64,000 bases of DNA from Lama guanicoe (GCA_013239625.1 MU053365.1:1212115-1276114), one strand, 5' to 3'. Counted from the first letter of the stretch, positions 12,632 to 24,510 are shown. The notes: generated by a model not told the origin, from the letters alone. Program-made: numbers and translations.

Positions 12632-12806
12632 TGTGCTCTTGGAGTGGAAGAATCGACACTATCAAAATGGCCACACTGCCCAAAGCAATCAACAGATCCA
12701 ACACAACCCCCATCAAAATACTCACGACATTCCTCACAGAGCTAGAACAAACAATTTCAAAATTTAAAAGGAACCACAAAAGACCCCGAACAGCCAAAGC
12801 AGTCTT
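12632..12806 (+). mobile_element. L1 ORF2 fragment, inverted relative to the adjacent L1
   Basis: CSWSGRIDTIKMATLPKAINRSNTTPIKILTTFLTELEQTISKFKRNHKRPRTAKAV, the post-RT region of ORF2p. Confidence 0.85.
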
Positions 12807-14708
12807 TTGTAGGTCTCTTTTTTCCCCCCTCTTTCATCTTTTTGTTCTCTTTTTTTATGGTTTGATGATTGGAGAACGTCCTTTAACATCTGTTGTAAAG
12901 CTGGTTTGGTGGTCCTGAAATCTTTTAGCTTTTGTTTATCTGTGAAGCTTTTGATTTCTCCATCAAGTCTGAACAAGAGCCTTGCTGGATAGAGTATTCT
13001 TGGTTGTAAGTTTCCCCCTTTCCTCACTTTAAATATATTGTGCCACTCCCTTCTGGTCTGTAGAGTTTCTACTGAAAAATCAGCTGATAATCTTATGGGA
13101 GTTCCCTTGTATGTTATTTGTTGCTTTTCTCCTGCTAATTTTAATATTTTGTCTTTATCCTTAATTGTTGTCAATTTGATGACTATGTGCCTTGGTGTGT
13201 TCCTCTTTGGGTTGATACTGTGTGGTACTCTGTGCTTCCAGGACTTGGGTGACTGTTTCCTTTCCCAAGTTGGGAAAGGGGGAAGATTTTGGTGATTATC
13301 TCTCCAAAAATTTTCTTAAGTCTTTTCTCTCGCTCTTCTCTTTCTGGGACCCCTATAATATGAATATTAGAGCACTTCATGTTGTCTCAGAGTTCTCTTA
13401 AACTATCCTCATTCCTTTTTATTCTTTTTTCTGTTTTCTATTCTGAAGTAGTGATTTCCACTAATCTGTCTTTTAGCTCACTGATCCATTCTTCTGCCTC
13501 ATTTAGTCTATTCTTGGTTCCTTCTAGTGTATTGTTCATTTCAGTGATTTTATTCTTCAACTCTGTTTGGGTATTATTTGTATTTTCCAACTCTGCTAAA
13601 AACCTCTCTCTGTGCATCTTACACTCCTCTTGAGTTTCCTGAACATCTTGGCCATCATTACTTTAAACTCTTTCTCAGGTAAATTACTTACCTCCTCATC
13701 ACTTATTTCTTCTTCTGGGATTTTATCTTGTGCCTTGGCCTGTGAGATATTCGTTTGCCGCCTCATATCTTCTATCTTTCTATGTGTTTGTGTATTCCTT
13801 CCACAGGCTTTGGGATTGTTGTTTTCTTATTTCTAGTATCTGCCCCTGGTGGATGAGGCTGGACTAGAGGTTTATGCAGGTTTCCTGACAGGAGGAGCCA
13901 GTGCCTGCCCACTGCTGGATGAGGCTTGGTCCTGGACCTCTGGTGGGCAGGGCTGTGTCTAGAGGCCTTTGTGGCTTAGGAAGTCTGCTGATGGGTGGGG
14001 CTGTGCTCCCATCCTGTATGTTGTTTGGCCTGAGGCTTCCTTACAGGCTGTTGGGTGGGGCTAGGTCTTGGTGCTAATGATCCAATCAAGATGTCAGCCT
14101 CCAGGAAAGCTCATGTAGATGAATACTCCTGGAATGTCCGCCACCAGCTTTTATGTCCCCTGAGTGAGCCGCAGCCGTCCCCTACATCCACAGGAGACCC
14201 TCCATGTCCAGCAGGCAGGTCTGGCCCAGGTTCCTATGAAATCACTGCCTCTGCCCTTGGACCTCGTGCATGTGAGTTTCCGTGTACGCTTCTCAAGCGA
14301 ATGGAGTTTCCATTTCCCCCAGTCCCGTGAGGCTCCCAGAGCCAAGTCCCACTGGCCTTCAAAACCAGATGTCCTGGGGTCTCCTTCTCTTCCCAATGCC
14401 AGGACCCGAGCTGGGGAGCCTGATGTGAGGCTTAGAGCTCTCACTCCTGTGGGAGGGCCTCTGAGACTTAAATTTTCAGCTTGTGGGTCACCCACCCGGT
14501 GGGGTATGGGGCCCAATTATATTATGAGCACGCCCCTCCTACCATCCTTCTGTGGTTCCCTCTTTATGTTTCCAGTTGTAGAAGGTCTTTTTTGCTAGGT
14601 TCCAGTCTTTTTTCAGTGGTTGTTTAGCATTCAGTTGTGGTTTCGTTATAGTCGCAAGGAGAGGCAAGCTCGCCGTCCTACCACTCTGCTATCTTGACTA
14701 GAAATCTT
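12807..14708 (-). mobile_element. L1 5'UTR plus ORF1 (disrupted), cetartiodactyl type
   Basis: ORF1p remnants KDKDKILKLAGEKQQITYKGTPIRLSADFSVETLQTRREW...LQPRILYPARL and NIHIIGVPEREE. GC-richer 5'UTR begins ...TCAAGATAGCAGAGTGG on the minus strand. Confidence 0.9.
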
Positions 14709-14759
14709 CAGTCTGTTGTCCAAGAACTCCTTCTTGTATAATCTGTCTCTCAGCTCTTT

Positions 14760-15470
14760 TAGTTCTAATCCACTATTATACTGGATCCCTGTTGATGTGG
14801 TGGCAAGGTGTTGGGGGGGAAGCATTCTATCATCTTGTGATTAACTCCCAGATTTTTAGTGGCCCTAAGTTCCTGGGCTGTGATCTTCAGGAGCATTTTT
14901 TAGCTTTTTTCCCTTCCTTTAGGTGAAAGGTTAGAGGGGACTAGCACTGGCTAATAGCTCCTCTCCCAGGTTAGGAAGCGCTCTGTTAAGGTGATTTCCC
15001 TTGAGGGTCAGGCCTTTGTTACAGAGAACACTGGGTGCATTTCAGAATGGCTGTATTCCCCCTTCTCCTGCAGGAAACAGGAGGGACTTTTTTTTCTGAC
15101 TTTCACCCTGACAACCTGGAGTAGGGGTGGTTCCTGGAGGCAAAAACCATGAAACTGTAGGCCTTCCCCTAAGATTGGTACCCCAAGAGTTTTCAACGCT
15201 GATGCTAGTCTACACTGAGCCTCAAGTAATTCATCAAAACCACCATTTAAGTATTCCTACCAATAATTAGCTCCAGTGGCTTCTGCCTCAGGTAATCTGA
15301 TCTCAGCTGTGATTATCTATGTTCACCTGTCTCTCCACTTTTGGGGCTGGCTTGCCCTGTGACTTTAATTCTCTGGGTCTAAGAAAAGTCATTGCTTTTT
15401 GGTTTACTCAATGTTTTTCTTGTTGTAAGGCTGGGAGTGACAACTTCCAAGCTTTCTATACTTCAGAGTT
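14760..15470 (-). mobile_element. Old L1M 5'UTR remnant
   Basis: Resembles ancient L1M 5' ends; probably the 5' end of the 7310-11940 element. Confidence 0.5.
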
Positions 15471-15667
15471 CAATATTAACATTTGGGTTGAAATTTCTCT
15501 TATATCTTGGGGTTCAGTGTCAGGACTCATTTCATAGCCCAAACGTGTCACCAATAAACCTGCACAAGTGAAGTATTAATTTTCAAGGTCAGTTTAGTAT
15601 CTGCTTCACTATGAGATAATCACATTATTTTCTCTTTATCTGTTAAGAACAAATAAGCATGCATTCT

Positions 15668-16120
15668 GTGGCAGACACTGGGTTGGCTAACTCCACTTCC
15701 ATTCTCAGCTTCATTCCCCGTTGCCTGCCTCTACTCTGGAGGCTGGAAAACCTAAATATGCATGTTTCCAGCCACCCTACAGCTAGAGTGACCACATGAC
15801 ATATTCCTTTGCAAATAAGATGGAAGCATAAGTTTATTTGGAAGTTTCTGGGAACGCTTATGCTTTTTTGAGAAAAAGGGACAAGTCTGGCTGATGTTGC
15901 CTCTTCCTCTGTAATGCCTGCCTTGATTATGGATGTGATGCCTAAAACTATGGAAACCATGAGGGGGTAACCAGGAGACTTACAGTGGCATCAGTGAACC
16001 TTTACCAGCAGCCACCTACCACCAGACGTCTTGTATGAGAAAAATAAACGTCTATTTGAATAAGTCTTCCTAAGGTGGCTTTTCTATAACCTGTAGCCAT
16101 ATGCACTTCTGATTGATGGA
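15668..16120 (+). mobile_element. MLT1 (ERVL-MaLR) solo LTR
   Basis: Starts tgtggcagac; 3' part ...gagaaaaataaac...gcagccatatgcacttctgattgat. Confidence 0.65.
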
Positions 16121-16489
16121 GCACCTAACCTATATGCAATCTGAGGTACAAAACCAAGAAATCAATCCAATAGATAAACACTAGGAAAGGCAGGAATAAG
16201 TTTAGCTACAGCGGAAGAGTAATGCTGATACCTACCCTGTTCAGAGAATGAAAGGAAAAATTAGTCTTAATGTTGAAATACTGAGGACTGGAGCTTTGCT
16301 GATTTCCATTTGTTATATACATATGTTTCATGAGATGGGGAGGGAATGCTGAGTCTGTGTAAGTTCAAAGTGTCAGTGACCAGTAGCATGAGAAAAAGAC
16401 AATATTCATGGAGGTGGGGGTTTGATGGAACCAATTAAAGGATATATTTGTAAAGTTTTCTTAATTAGAAATAAGAAGCTCTTTCTCAG

Positions 16490-16660
16490 CCAGTCTTCTT
16501 GGGAAAGTTATTTGATCTCTCTGTGCTTCAGTTTTCTTTTTCATCTGTAAAATGGAGATAAGAATGGTATGCATTTCATATGGCATTTTGAGCATCAAGT
16601 GAGTTAATCTATGTAATCTATGTAAAGAGCCTAACCAGTGTCTGCAAATGATAAGTGTTG
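16490..16660 (+). mobile_element. MIR SINE
   Basis: ctctctgtgcttcagtttt...catctgtaaaatggagataagaat core. Confidence 0.75.
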
Positions 16661-16864
16661 TATTAACGATGTTCGGACAGGATTGTGGATCTATCTCTCT
16701 GCTTGGTTGCCATCCCCAGCCACAAAGTCACATAGAATGTTTCCTCACTCTGGGGAGCAGCATACGTTACCGGGTTATTCTCCTCACATCAAGGAGTATT
16801 CCAAGAAGGGCTCTTCGTACCAGGGCAGAGCAATGTTTCTAAGCTACAAGAGACTTAGGCTTGA

Positions 16865-17824
16865 TCATTCATCCGGGCTTGATGAGCTGTTGAAGTTAAG
16901 TGAACTTTCACCTGAAGGGCAGTAATCAAAGTCCTTTGAAAGTGTGACTTTGTTTAGTAAGAATCGTGTTCAGAGTTCTTCCAGGAACTGACTAAGTTTG
17001 GAGGTCAGTATGTCCTTTTTGAAATGTGGAGTATCATCTGTCTCCATTATCCTGGCATTTTTTAATCTTCTTGATTTCTCAGAGATGATTCAAAGTGGTT
17101 ACTGACTGTCACTGTCTACTGTAGTACCGGGCCAGTGAATGTTGCAAGTGTGGCTCTTTTTATCAGTATGATTACATTTGATTACACGTCACTTGAAACT
17201 GACAAATATTGACTTAAGTAAAGGGTTTTATTTTTATATTATTTTGTTTATTATTCACATGTAATAAAAAGTCTGGAGACAGACAGTGTGGAGCTGATAT
17301 GTGAGCTCCTTCTACTTTCTGCTTACTGTCCTTTATGTCCCCATGCTTACAAGTTGACCACTCCTCCTCTTGGCCATGAGTTGACATTTTATGAAGGAAA
17401 AAGAGGGAAGAATAGAGTGCACAAGGCGTCTGCTAGCTGCTCATTTTTCCTTTTTTTTTAAGTCAGAAAATTCATAGCTTTCTCAAAAGCCCCATTCAGT
17501 AGTTGTCTGCTTACGTCTCATTGGCCAGCAAGATGTTGCATTGGCCAGCAAGATGGTACAGAGCTGCAAGGAAGCCTGAAGATTGCCACTGTTCAGCCAG
17601 AAACATTGCTGCCCTAAACAAAACTGGATTTCTTTTGGAAGAGGAAGTTGTGAATGGTGTTGGGTGTGCAGCTGACTTGAGTGCCACACTCTGTGTCCAC
17701 GGTGTTGACTGTGGAACAGTAATAGCTGGGGAAACCCTGGCTCATAGCTGCAAACTAGTAGACAGAGCAGAGGATGTAAGTCAAGGGTAAAGATTTTTGC
17801 TTCCCGCCTCTAGGAATAGATTGC
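16865..17824 (-). pseudogene. Fossil gene, terminal coding exon (split by an MLT1 LTR)
   Basis: Acceptor CTTTCTTTCACTCCTTTAAAACAG|GC. Removing the LTR plus one TSD copy leaves 425 nt in one frame: GNLFLEAGSKNLYP*LTSS...PQSTPWTQ/SHTCNIHWPG...KSRRLKNARIMETDDTPHFKKDILTSKLSQFLEEL*TRFLLNKVTLSKDFDYCPSGESSLNFNSSSSPDE*. Internal stops are TGA/TAA, one C>T step from CGA/CAA. Confidence 0.65.
17159..17688 (-). mobile_element. MLT1 solo LTR inserted in the fossil terminal exon
   Basis: Runs tttatcag...gtgccaca with a 5-bp TSD CTCTT (17154-17158) / CTCTG (17689-17693); MLT1-type internal motif ctcattggccag. Confidence 0.65.
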
Positions 17825-18074
17825 CTGTTTTAAAGGAGTGAAAGAAAGCTCAACCTCAGAAATATAATTTATGATGGTTATATTCTAAAACAACATTCTA
17901 GAGCTTTCTTCCTCTTTCTTTTTTGACAAAACTTCCTTTTTAGAATTAATGGCAAGAAATATTTTCCATAACCTTTAGTACCTAGGGATAGCAAGGTTTA
18001 GACTCTCCCTATAGAACTGACATAAAAATAAAAATATTTCAACCATTTAAAAATTAAAGGAATAAGGAAAGACT

Positions 18075-18365
18075 GGGGGATATTAACAGACAAAAGGAGA
18101 CTGAAAAGACATGATGGCAGAATGCAATGTGACATCCTGGTTTGGATCCTGGGAGGGAAAAAGGAAGATAGTGGGAAAACCAGTGAATAAAGTCTGTAGT
18201 TTAGTTAATACTAATGTAGAGAAGCTGGTTTCTTAGTTGTGACTGATGTAACAAGGCAATATGATTTGTTGACCCTAGGGGAAACTGGGTGAGAGTTCTA
18301 TAAGAACTCCATGTTAACTTGGTAACTTTTCTGTTAATTGAAAATTATTCCAATGTTAAAAATTC
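18075..18365 (+). mobile_element. L1MC-type 3' end
   Basis: aatgcaatgtgacatcctggtttggatcctgg...aaaattattccaa. Confidence 0.6.
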
Positions 18366-18482
18366 ATTGAAAAATTAAGGGAATGTTGGAGGAAAAATTG
18401 TTATATGACAAATGAAGTGTTTACATTTAATTACATTTAATTAACAGCAACCATGATTAGAATGAGTGGAGTCCAAATGTAC

Positions 18483-19192
18483 CAGTCTGAGCCTAAGGTA
18501 TTTTCAAAGCTGGAATTTAGGCAAATCCAGAGAACTGATGGGAAGAAGGGCTACGTAGAGCCTGCTTTTCATGAGAGATGAAAAGCCTATTAGGAAAAAC
18601 TGAGATTTGCAGTAGAAAGATCAAGCAAATGTGGTCCAAGGACTGAGGCCACCATGGGACAGGACTGATTCTAAGTATAGCACGGTGTTAGTCATTCAGA
18701 TTGTTTCCTGACTCTAGAACCCCTGGCATCAGGCCAGAATTCTAGATGTAAGAGAAGCAATAAAAGAGCTCATAAAGCTGGACCACTGAGGATCGAATCT
18801 GTCAGTTGCATTGGGCCCAAGATTTTTTTCAGGCAATGAATGAACATGACACTGGCTGTTTTAGCAGCAATGGGAGTGTGCATCTTCGGTTTGCTCAGCA
18901 CAGGACCTTTAGCAATGGGCATCAGTAGTCTCATGGGAAGGCGGAGGGATTAGCAGCATAGTTTTAGTGATAGGAGATATTAGTACAGGAGAAGAAGGAA
19001 ATATAAAATACCCAGGAGCCAAGAAGGCTGGTTCTAAGAAAACACATGAAGCACAGCCAGGGGACTCAGCAGAAGTCGTTTTGAGACACTGAGAGACCAA
19101 CATTTTCTCAGAATTGTACAGGAGCGTGGTCAGAGGAGTGGCAATATGCAACGGCCATTGTGACTCTCTTTGGACACTTAGGTTGGTGTGAC
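18483..19192 (-). pseudogene. Fossil gene, penultimate exon
   Basis: Acceptor GATTTTCAG|GT followed by ~94 open codons (GHTNLSVQRESQWPLHIATPLTT...). Ends ...AQT G|GTACAT in phase 1, matching the phase-1 terminal exon. Confidence 0.6.
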
Positions 19193-19489
19193 CTGAAAAT
19201 CACAGTTTATATGAGAATGCATTTTGCAAGGCCTCACTCTAGAACTGATTGCTATTTGCTGGGTTCTTTTAGTACATGAAATCTGACTTATGGATGCTGA
19301 CCAAAATACAATATGATAAAAAAGGAAATGAAAATCGGTTTGGCTTGAAAGATGTGGCTTTGAAAATGCTACTTTCTCCAAATAAATGGTAATCTTGTGT
19401 TATAAGAAAAAAAATAACAAGCTACATTTTAAACGGACTATTATTATTTGTGGAAACTAACCCATTAATTATTCAGGAGAAATTAACTC

Positions 19490-19652
19490 TTCAGCACCAG
19501 GGTTTGGGTCTGGTGTAAATTTGATCACTGGCAGTTAGGTCTTGTGATAAGAAGACTATGTGAAGAACACCAAAAATGTTACAAATTTTATAGTTTAAAA
19601 AAATCAGACACTTCTTTACCATAATGAATGTCTGAAAAATGATTGCATAAAC
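19490..19652 (-). pseudogene. Fossil gene exon (end of KDZ-like domain)
   Basis: Strong acceptor TTATTTTCCTTTAG|G; reads FMQ / IFQTFIMVKKCLIFLNYKICNIFG. The donor position is uncertain. Confidence 0.5.
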
Positions 19653-20057
19653 CTAAAGGAAAATAAGGCAGAGTTTTAAAGTTGAAAGTTAATTTATAGC
19701 TTAAAATAAGAAATTCCCTAATGAGAGTTACAAAGTCTTGGGAGTGGAGAGGGAGACTTTGGACATTTAGGTCCAAATTTCAATCTCTCTACTTCTCTTG
19801 AGGTAAACAGATGCTGAGATCTCCAGCTTGTGGCTTCAAGTAAGCCCTTGGGCTCTGTGGAATCTCCAGTGGAGAGAACTGGTGTGGGACTTTCTCCTCA
19901 GCGGGTTGCAGAAACTCCTGGAGATCAGCATCCAGGAGCCCTGGGCTGAGGGGAGGACACTGTGCATCCTGGGCAAAGCTTTGCGGTCAGAGCAGAAGGC
20001 AGGCGTCTTCAGTGGCAGCTCTCAGGGGACTGGGAATCTATCTGCTTCCATATTCTT

Positions 20058-20141
20058 TTTTTTCCCCTTAGTGGAGGTACTGGGGATTGAACCCAGCACC
20101 TCAAGCACATGCTCTACCACTGAGCTCTACCCCTTACCCCC
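20058..20141 (-). mobile_element. Camelid tRNA-derived SINE (Vic-1 type), short variant
   Basis: Minus strand GGGGTAGAGCTCAGTGGTAGAGCATG...GGGTTCAATCCCCAGTACCTCCA plus A tail; perfect 18-bp TSD ATCTGCTTCCATATTCTT (20040-20057 / 20142-20159). Confidence 0.85.
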
Positions 20142-20239
20142 ATCTGCTTCCATATTCTTGACCTGTAGGGCTAAGTCTTTTTCACTTGTCTCCAACCAGA
20201 GAACTGCTTCAACTTAAGGCTCTCTAAAGTCCTGAACTG

Positions 20240-20700
20240 AGCCCCAAACAGGAGACAACACCAATAAAATAACTACCGGCCCAGGGGCCTAGCAAACAGA
20301 GAGGACGAACAGATCATATTCGTCAGAATATATCCAGGTAAACGACCTGCGGGAGGAAAACGGGACAAGTTTAATAGAAAATAACAAGAGCATTGGAGGA
20401 GATCCAAGAGCAGCCCAAAGGAGAAGTCTGAAGCTATACAAGTTGACTTCCCAACTAAACAATACAGTAGATGAATTAAAGGAGAGAACAGTCACTGTTG
20501 GGATCAAATCTGTGGCCTGGAACATTGACTCAAAATACAAAAAATAGGGATAGAAATCATGAGAGAAAAGAAAGATACATTTGGAGAACAGACACAGGAG
20601 ATTAATGTGCAAATTGATAGGCATTCTAGGTGGAGAAAAAGGACCAGGAGGAGGAGAGTCCACAGTAAAGAAATGAGAGAGTGACTAAAGTCTATAGACT
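20240..20700 (+). mobile_element. Old L1/HAL1 ORF1 remnant
   Basis: A-rich decayed ORF1 coiled-coil and IGI-E-E motif region. Confidence 0.5.
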
Positions 20701-20744
20701 GAAGGAGGTTACCAAGCTCCCGACTGGGTGACGGGGAGAGTCAC

Positions 20745-21631
20745 CAAGGGGAGATGGGCTTTCCAGACACTAGAAAACTGGGGGATGAAGCATTGCCCAG
20801 GGACCCCAGGACACTGACTCTGCTTTAGGCCCTGATTGGTGCCAAGTTCCAGTTGGGAACTGTGAGAGCTCATTGTTGTAAACTTTGCCTTAAAGGAAAG
20901 CACCAGATTATTCAAATTGTCCAGAAGGTGATGTGAGTTTGAGAATAAAAGGGCAGGGGTGTAGCAACTATACAGCTACTTTCCCTGATCTGGGGAGACC
21001 CTACCTTGCATGGAAAGTGCTACCAGCAGCTGCACCCCCAAATGGAACTTAGAAGCAAGGGAAAAGCCATGGCAAATTATGCTGCATCTGCTCCCATGCT
21101 GTGGTAGCCCTTAGGACTGTTTACCAAGTATTTCTAGTTTTCCGTTGTGCTGGGAACATAGTAGTAAATTATGTTTCTGCCCTTCTTTTTTGTTTTAGCC
21201 TATTTTATTTCTTATTTCTATTTTTTTTAAACAGCAAAAGGGAGTTGGAACTCTGAAGGGAGGGAAAGCCTGATTTTCAGGCAGAAGCCTGAATAGGCAT
21301 CTCGATTAGATGCCCCAAGTTCCAATATTGCAGATGGTAATGTAGGAAATTAGGGCCACCTTGAGGACCACCTTGAGACCCCAACAAATGAACAGTTGCT
21401 AACTTTTCATGCAGGGATTTGATAGCAACAAGGGCTTTAAGAAGTGGGAAGTGGTGCCACCAGAGATGAAAAAGCGTTAACTTTCATGGAGCTGACTCTC
21501 CTTGCAGAAATGGTGTGAAATACAGAGATTACAAAACCAGGGAATTTCAGTCAATATCTGAAGTTTTAAGTGTAGGAAGGGATAATTGTAATACCAATAA
21601 TGTTTTAAAATCTTTGGTTTTATTAACTTCC
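20745..21631 (-). pseudogene. Fossil gene exon carrying the degenerate KDZ-like core
   Basis: Acceptor TTCTTCCTTGGCCACTTTTGCAG|G and donor TTG|GTGACT. Contains LLLCSQH..LGKQS*GL..RC(QH)xICHGFSL at ~21060-21160, then LYSCYTPALLFSNSHHLLDNLNNLVLSF... Confidence 0.55.
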
Positions 21632-21721
21632 CTGCAAAAGTGGCCAAGGAAGAAATGGGCTTCAAGTTAGGTTTTTTTTTTTTTTTTGTTAGAAGAAATT
21701 CTTTTAAAATGTGTCCTAAAC

Positions 21722-22089
21722 CTTTCCCCTTTAAAGGCAGTTGGGATCTTTGAGCTCTGTGATTTATGTAAGTGAATTCTTTTGTTTTTAAATGATGGTC
21801 AGAGGACAAGAATTCAGAAATGACTTTCTTAATGGAATGTGACCGTCCGCCCCCCCAAATGTATTGTAAATAAGACATAAAACTTCCATTGGTTAATGGT
21901 ACAAAAGACAATTTCTGTCTGACATTTTTCTTAAAGATAAATGAGTGTATGCATGTATTTTGGGCAGGTAGATCAGACAATGTTTGGACTTTTAATAGAA
22001 CTGAGCAGTTGGTCTCTAACTTTCAGCATTTCCTTGATGATCTGTGCTCTCCTAGTGTACTGTGCTGAAATGGCCTTGAGACAATTTTC
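21722..22089 (-). pseudogene. Fossil gene exon
   Basis: Acceptor TTTTAATCCTTTAG|GAA, reading ENCLKAISAQYTRRAQIIKEMLKVRDQLLSSIK.... Donor AAAG|GTTTAG and a 90-bp intron to the next exon, in the same frame as the 167-aa ORF 21477-21980. Confidence 0.6.
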
Positions 22090-22181
22090 CTAAAGGATTA
22101 AAATAAGTATAACTTTAAAAAAATTAAGCACTCTATTTATTTTACTTCAGATATGATTTTATTTAAGGGAGAAGATAATCC

Positions 22182-23070
22182 TGTTGGAGTAGGATGCAAC
22201 TCAGATTTGGAGGAAGGGGGTGGTTGTTGTCAATAAACCCAGACAGTTGTTATTGAATAGTTCCTCTCCAAGGCTACAGTCTTAGGAAAAGAATAGTTTG
22301 TTTGCTTTTCTTTTTCTTTCTTCCTCTTAGAATGTTTTAAAATCTTGGCTTGAGGCTGAGGTATCTGAGCTGGCGAGTAGAGAATTTGGACTATCCCTTT
22401 AACAAAAATTAGGGAAGTGCAGATTGTAAAAGATGGGAGGGGTGTTAAATGGACAGTATTGGACAGAACAATCTGTTGTGTTCATGATGCAATAGTAGTT
22501 CTTGGGCACACGGAAGAGGTGGGTGGGAGGAAGAAATCCAGCAAGACATCTGAGAACCACCACCTCCCTACCCTGCTAGGTCACAGTGGACTCCTCTTGC
22601 ATGCACAGCCAGAGCCAGCCAAGGTGAAAGATGTCATGAGTCAGAAAGGCAAAGGAAGTCAGATAAGACCTGGTGAAGAAACACTGCTCCTCAGCTCCAG
22701 AGCTCAGAGAAGAGTCTGAACATGGGCCTGGGGAAGATGTAGAATTAGGGGGAAAAAACTGTTCAGAACACTGAACTCTGGGAAGACAAGCTTGATGGAG
22801 CCCTGCCCCCAAGTCAGATTGCTGCTGATAGCACGTGCTGTTTGGACACACAAAATGAGAACTGCTAGTATTACTGGCGCCTGGAAAAGGGTTAGTCTAA
22901 AGCAGTAAAATTCCTGAAGAATACATCACTGGCCCTGGTCCCACCCAAGTTTGAGTAGGAATTTCAACCCCTAGATGGCTTGTTACAGTTCTGGTAAAAC
23001 TATATCCCACACTTGAGTCTCTTATGGGTTGTATTCATTAGATTACTTGGAAGGAATGAACTTTGTGCTT
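22182..23070 (-). pseudogene. Fossil gene, one or two further candidate exons (~22182-22280 and ~22370-23070)
   Basis: Protein-like fragments QLSGFIDNNHPLPPNLSCILLQQ, WFSDVLLDFFLPPTSSVCPR and ETQVWDIVLPEL*QAI*GLKFLLKLGWD. Splice sites are partly decayed. Confidence 0.4.
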
Positions 23071-23139
23071 TATCACTGTGTTAATTATGAGGTAACCACA
23101 GAGTGCAAAACTGGGTTATATTGTTTCTTTGGGTTGTTT

Positions 23140-23884
23140 TTATTATTGGATGTACTTTACATAAAGTACAGTTTACTGTTTTTACTGTATGGTTCTTTTT
23201 ATGAGTTTTGACAGTTACAGTTGTATAACCACAATCTCTCCCTCTCACACCCAGCCCCTGGCAACCACTCTGATACATTTTCTTTTCCTACAATTTTACT
23301 CTTTCCAGGTTGTCCTATTATTGGAATCATATAATATGTATGTAGCCTTTTGAATCTGAAGTTTTGCAATTAACAAAACACATTTGAAGTTCATCCCCAT
23401 TGTTGCATATATTAGTACTAGTTCCTTACTTTGTATTGATGAGTAGTATTACATTATGTGCATGTGTACATGTACCACAGTTTGTTTATCCATTCAGTGT
23501 TTGGAGGCCATTTAGGTTGTTTCTTGTTTTGGGAGATTATGAATAAACATGGTATAAACATTTACATGGAGATATTTTGTGTGAATACAATTTTTTATTT
23601 CTCTCAAGTAAATACCCAGGAGTGGGATTGCTGTGTCATATGGTAAGTGTGCACTTTATAATAAATTGCCAACCTCTTTTTGAAAATGGCTGTACTATTT
23701 TGCATTTCCATCAGCAATGTATGTTTCTCAGCATTTTTTGCCGGTACTTGGTATTATTATTTTAAAAATAGCCATTCTAATAGGTGTGTAGTGATATTAC
23801 ATTTGGATTTTAATTTGTATTTGCCTGATAAGTAGTCCTTGTACATTGAGTTCATGTGTTTATTACCCACTTGTGTATCCTTTT

Positions 23885-23939
<55 letters not shown>

Positions 23940-23996
23940 CTCTTTCTTTCTTTCTCTCTCTCCCTTTCTTTCTTTTTTCTTTCTTTCTCTCTCTCC

Positions 23997-24035
<39 letters not shown>

Positions 24036-24510
24036 TCCTTCCTTCCTTCCTTCCTTCCTTCCTTCCTTCTTTCTTTCTTTCTTTCTTTCTTTCTTTTTTG
24101 GTAAGCTGCTTCAAAATCTTTCCCACACTTAAAAATACGTTGTTTATTTCTCTTATTATTCTGGATACATATCCTTTGCTAGATATGTGTTTTGGAAATA
24201 TTTTCTCCTAGTCTGTAGCTTATCTTTTTGCTATTTTAATATGTCTTTTGAAGAGCAGTAGTTTTTCATTTTGATGAAGTCCTATTTATTTATTCTTTAT
24301 AGATTGTGCTTTGTTTCCTACCTAAAAAAAATCTTTGCTTAAACCAAGGTGGCAAAGCTTTTTCCCTGTGTTATTTTCTAGAATTTTTATAGTTTTAGCT
24401 TTTAGATTTACATCTATTATCCACTTCAATTTAACTTTTGTATAAAGTTGGAGGTATGGGTTGAGCTTCATTTTTTTTTCAAGTGGGTATTGAATTGTTC
24501 CAGCACCAAA
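23140..24510 (-). mobile_element. Old L1M 3' region
   Basis: Typical reverse L1 3'UTR/ORF2 end (aatacccaggagtgggattgctg..., atagccattctaataggtgtgtagtg). Confidence 0.8.
23881..24099 (+). repeat. (TTTC)n/(TTCC)n compound microsatellite
   Basis: Direct reading; ~220 bp pure pyrimidine tract. Confidence 0.97.

Noticed and set aside
21440..21540. FCNLCISHHFC...RFFISGG as the KDZ YD.aC / D.fH motif
   Set aside because: It lies upstream of the better C.H.iC.GF match at ~21060-21090, so the order would be wrong; treated as a chance resemblance.
23839..24211. F/L/S-rich and K/E/R-rich ORFs
   Set aside because: Translations of the (TTTC)n microsatellite.
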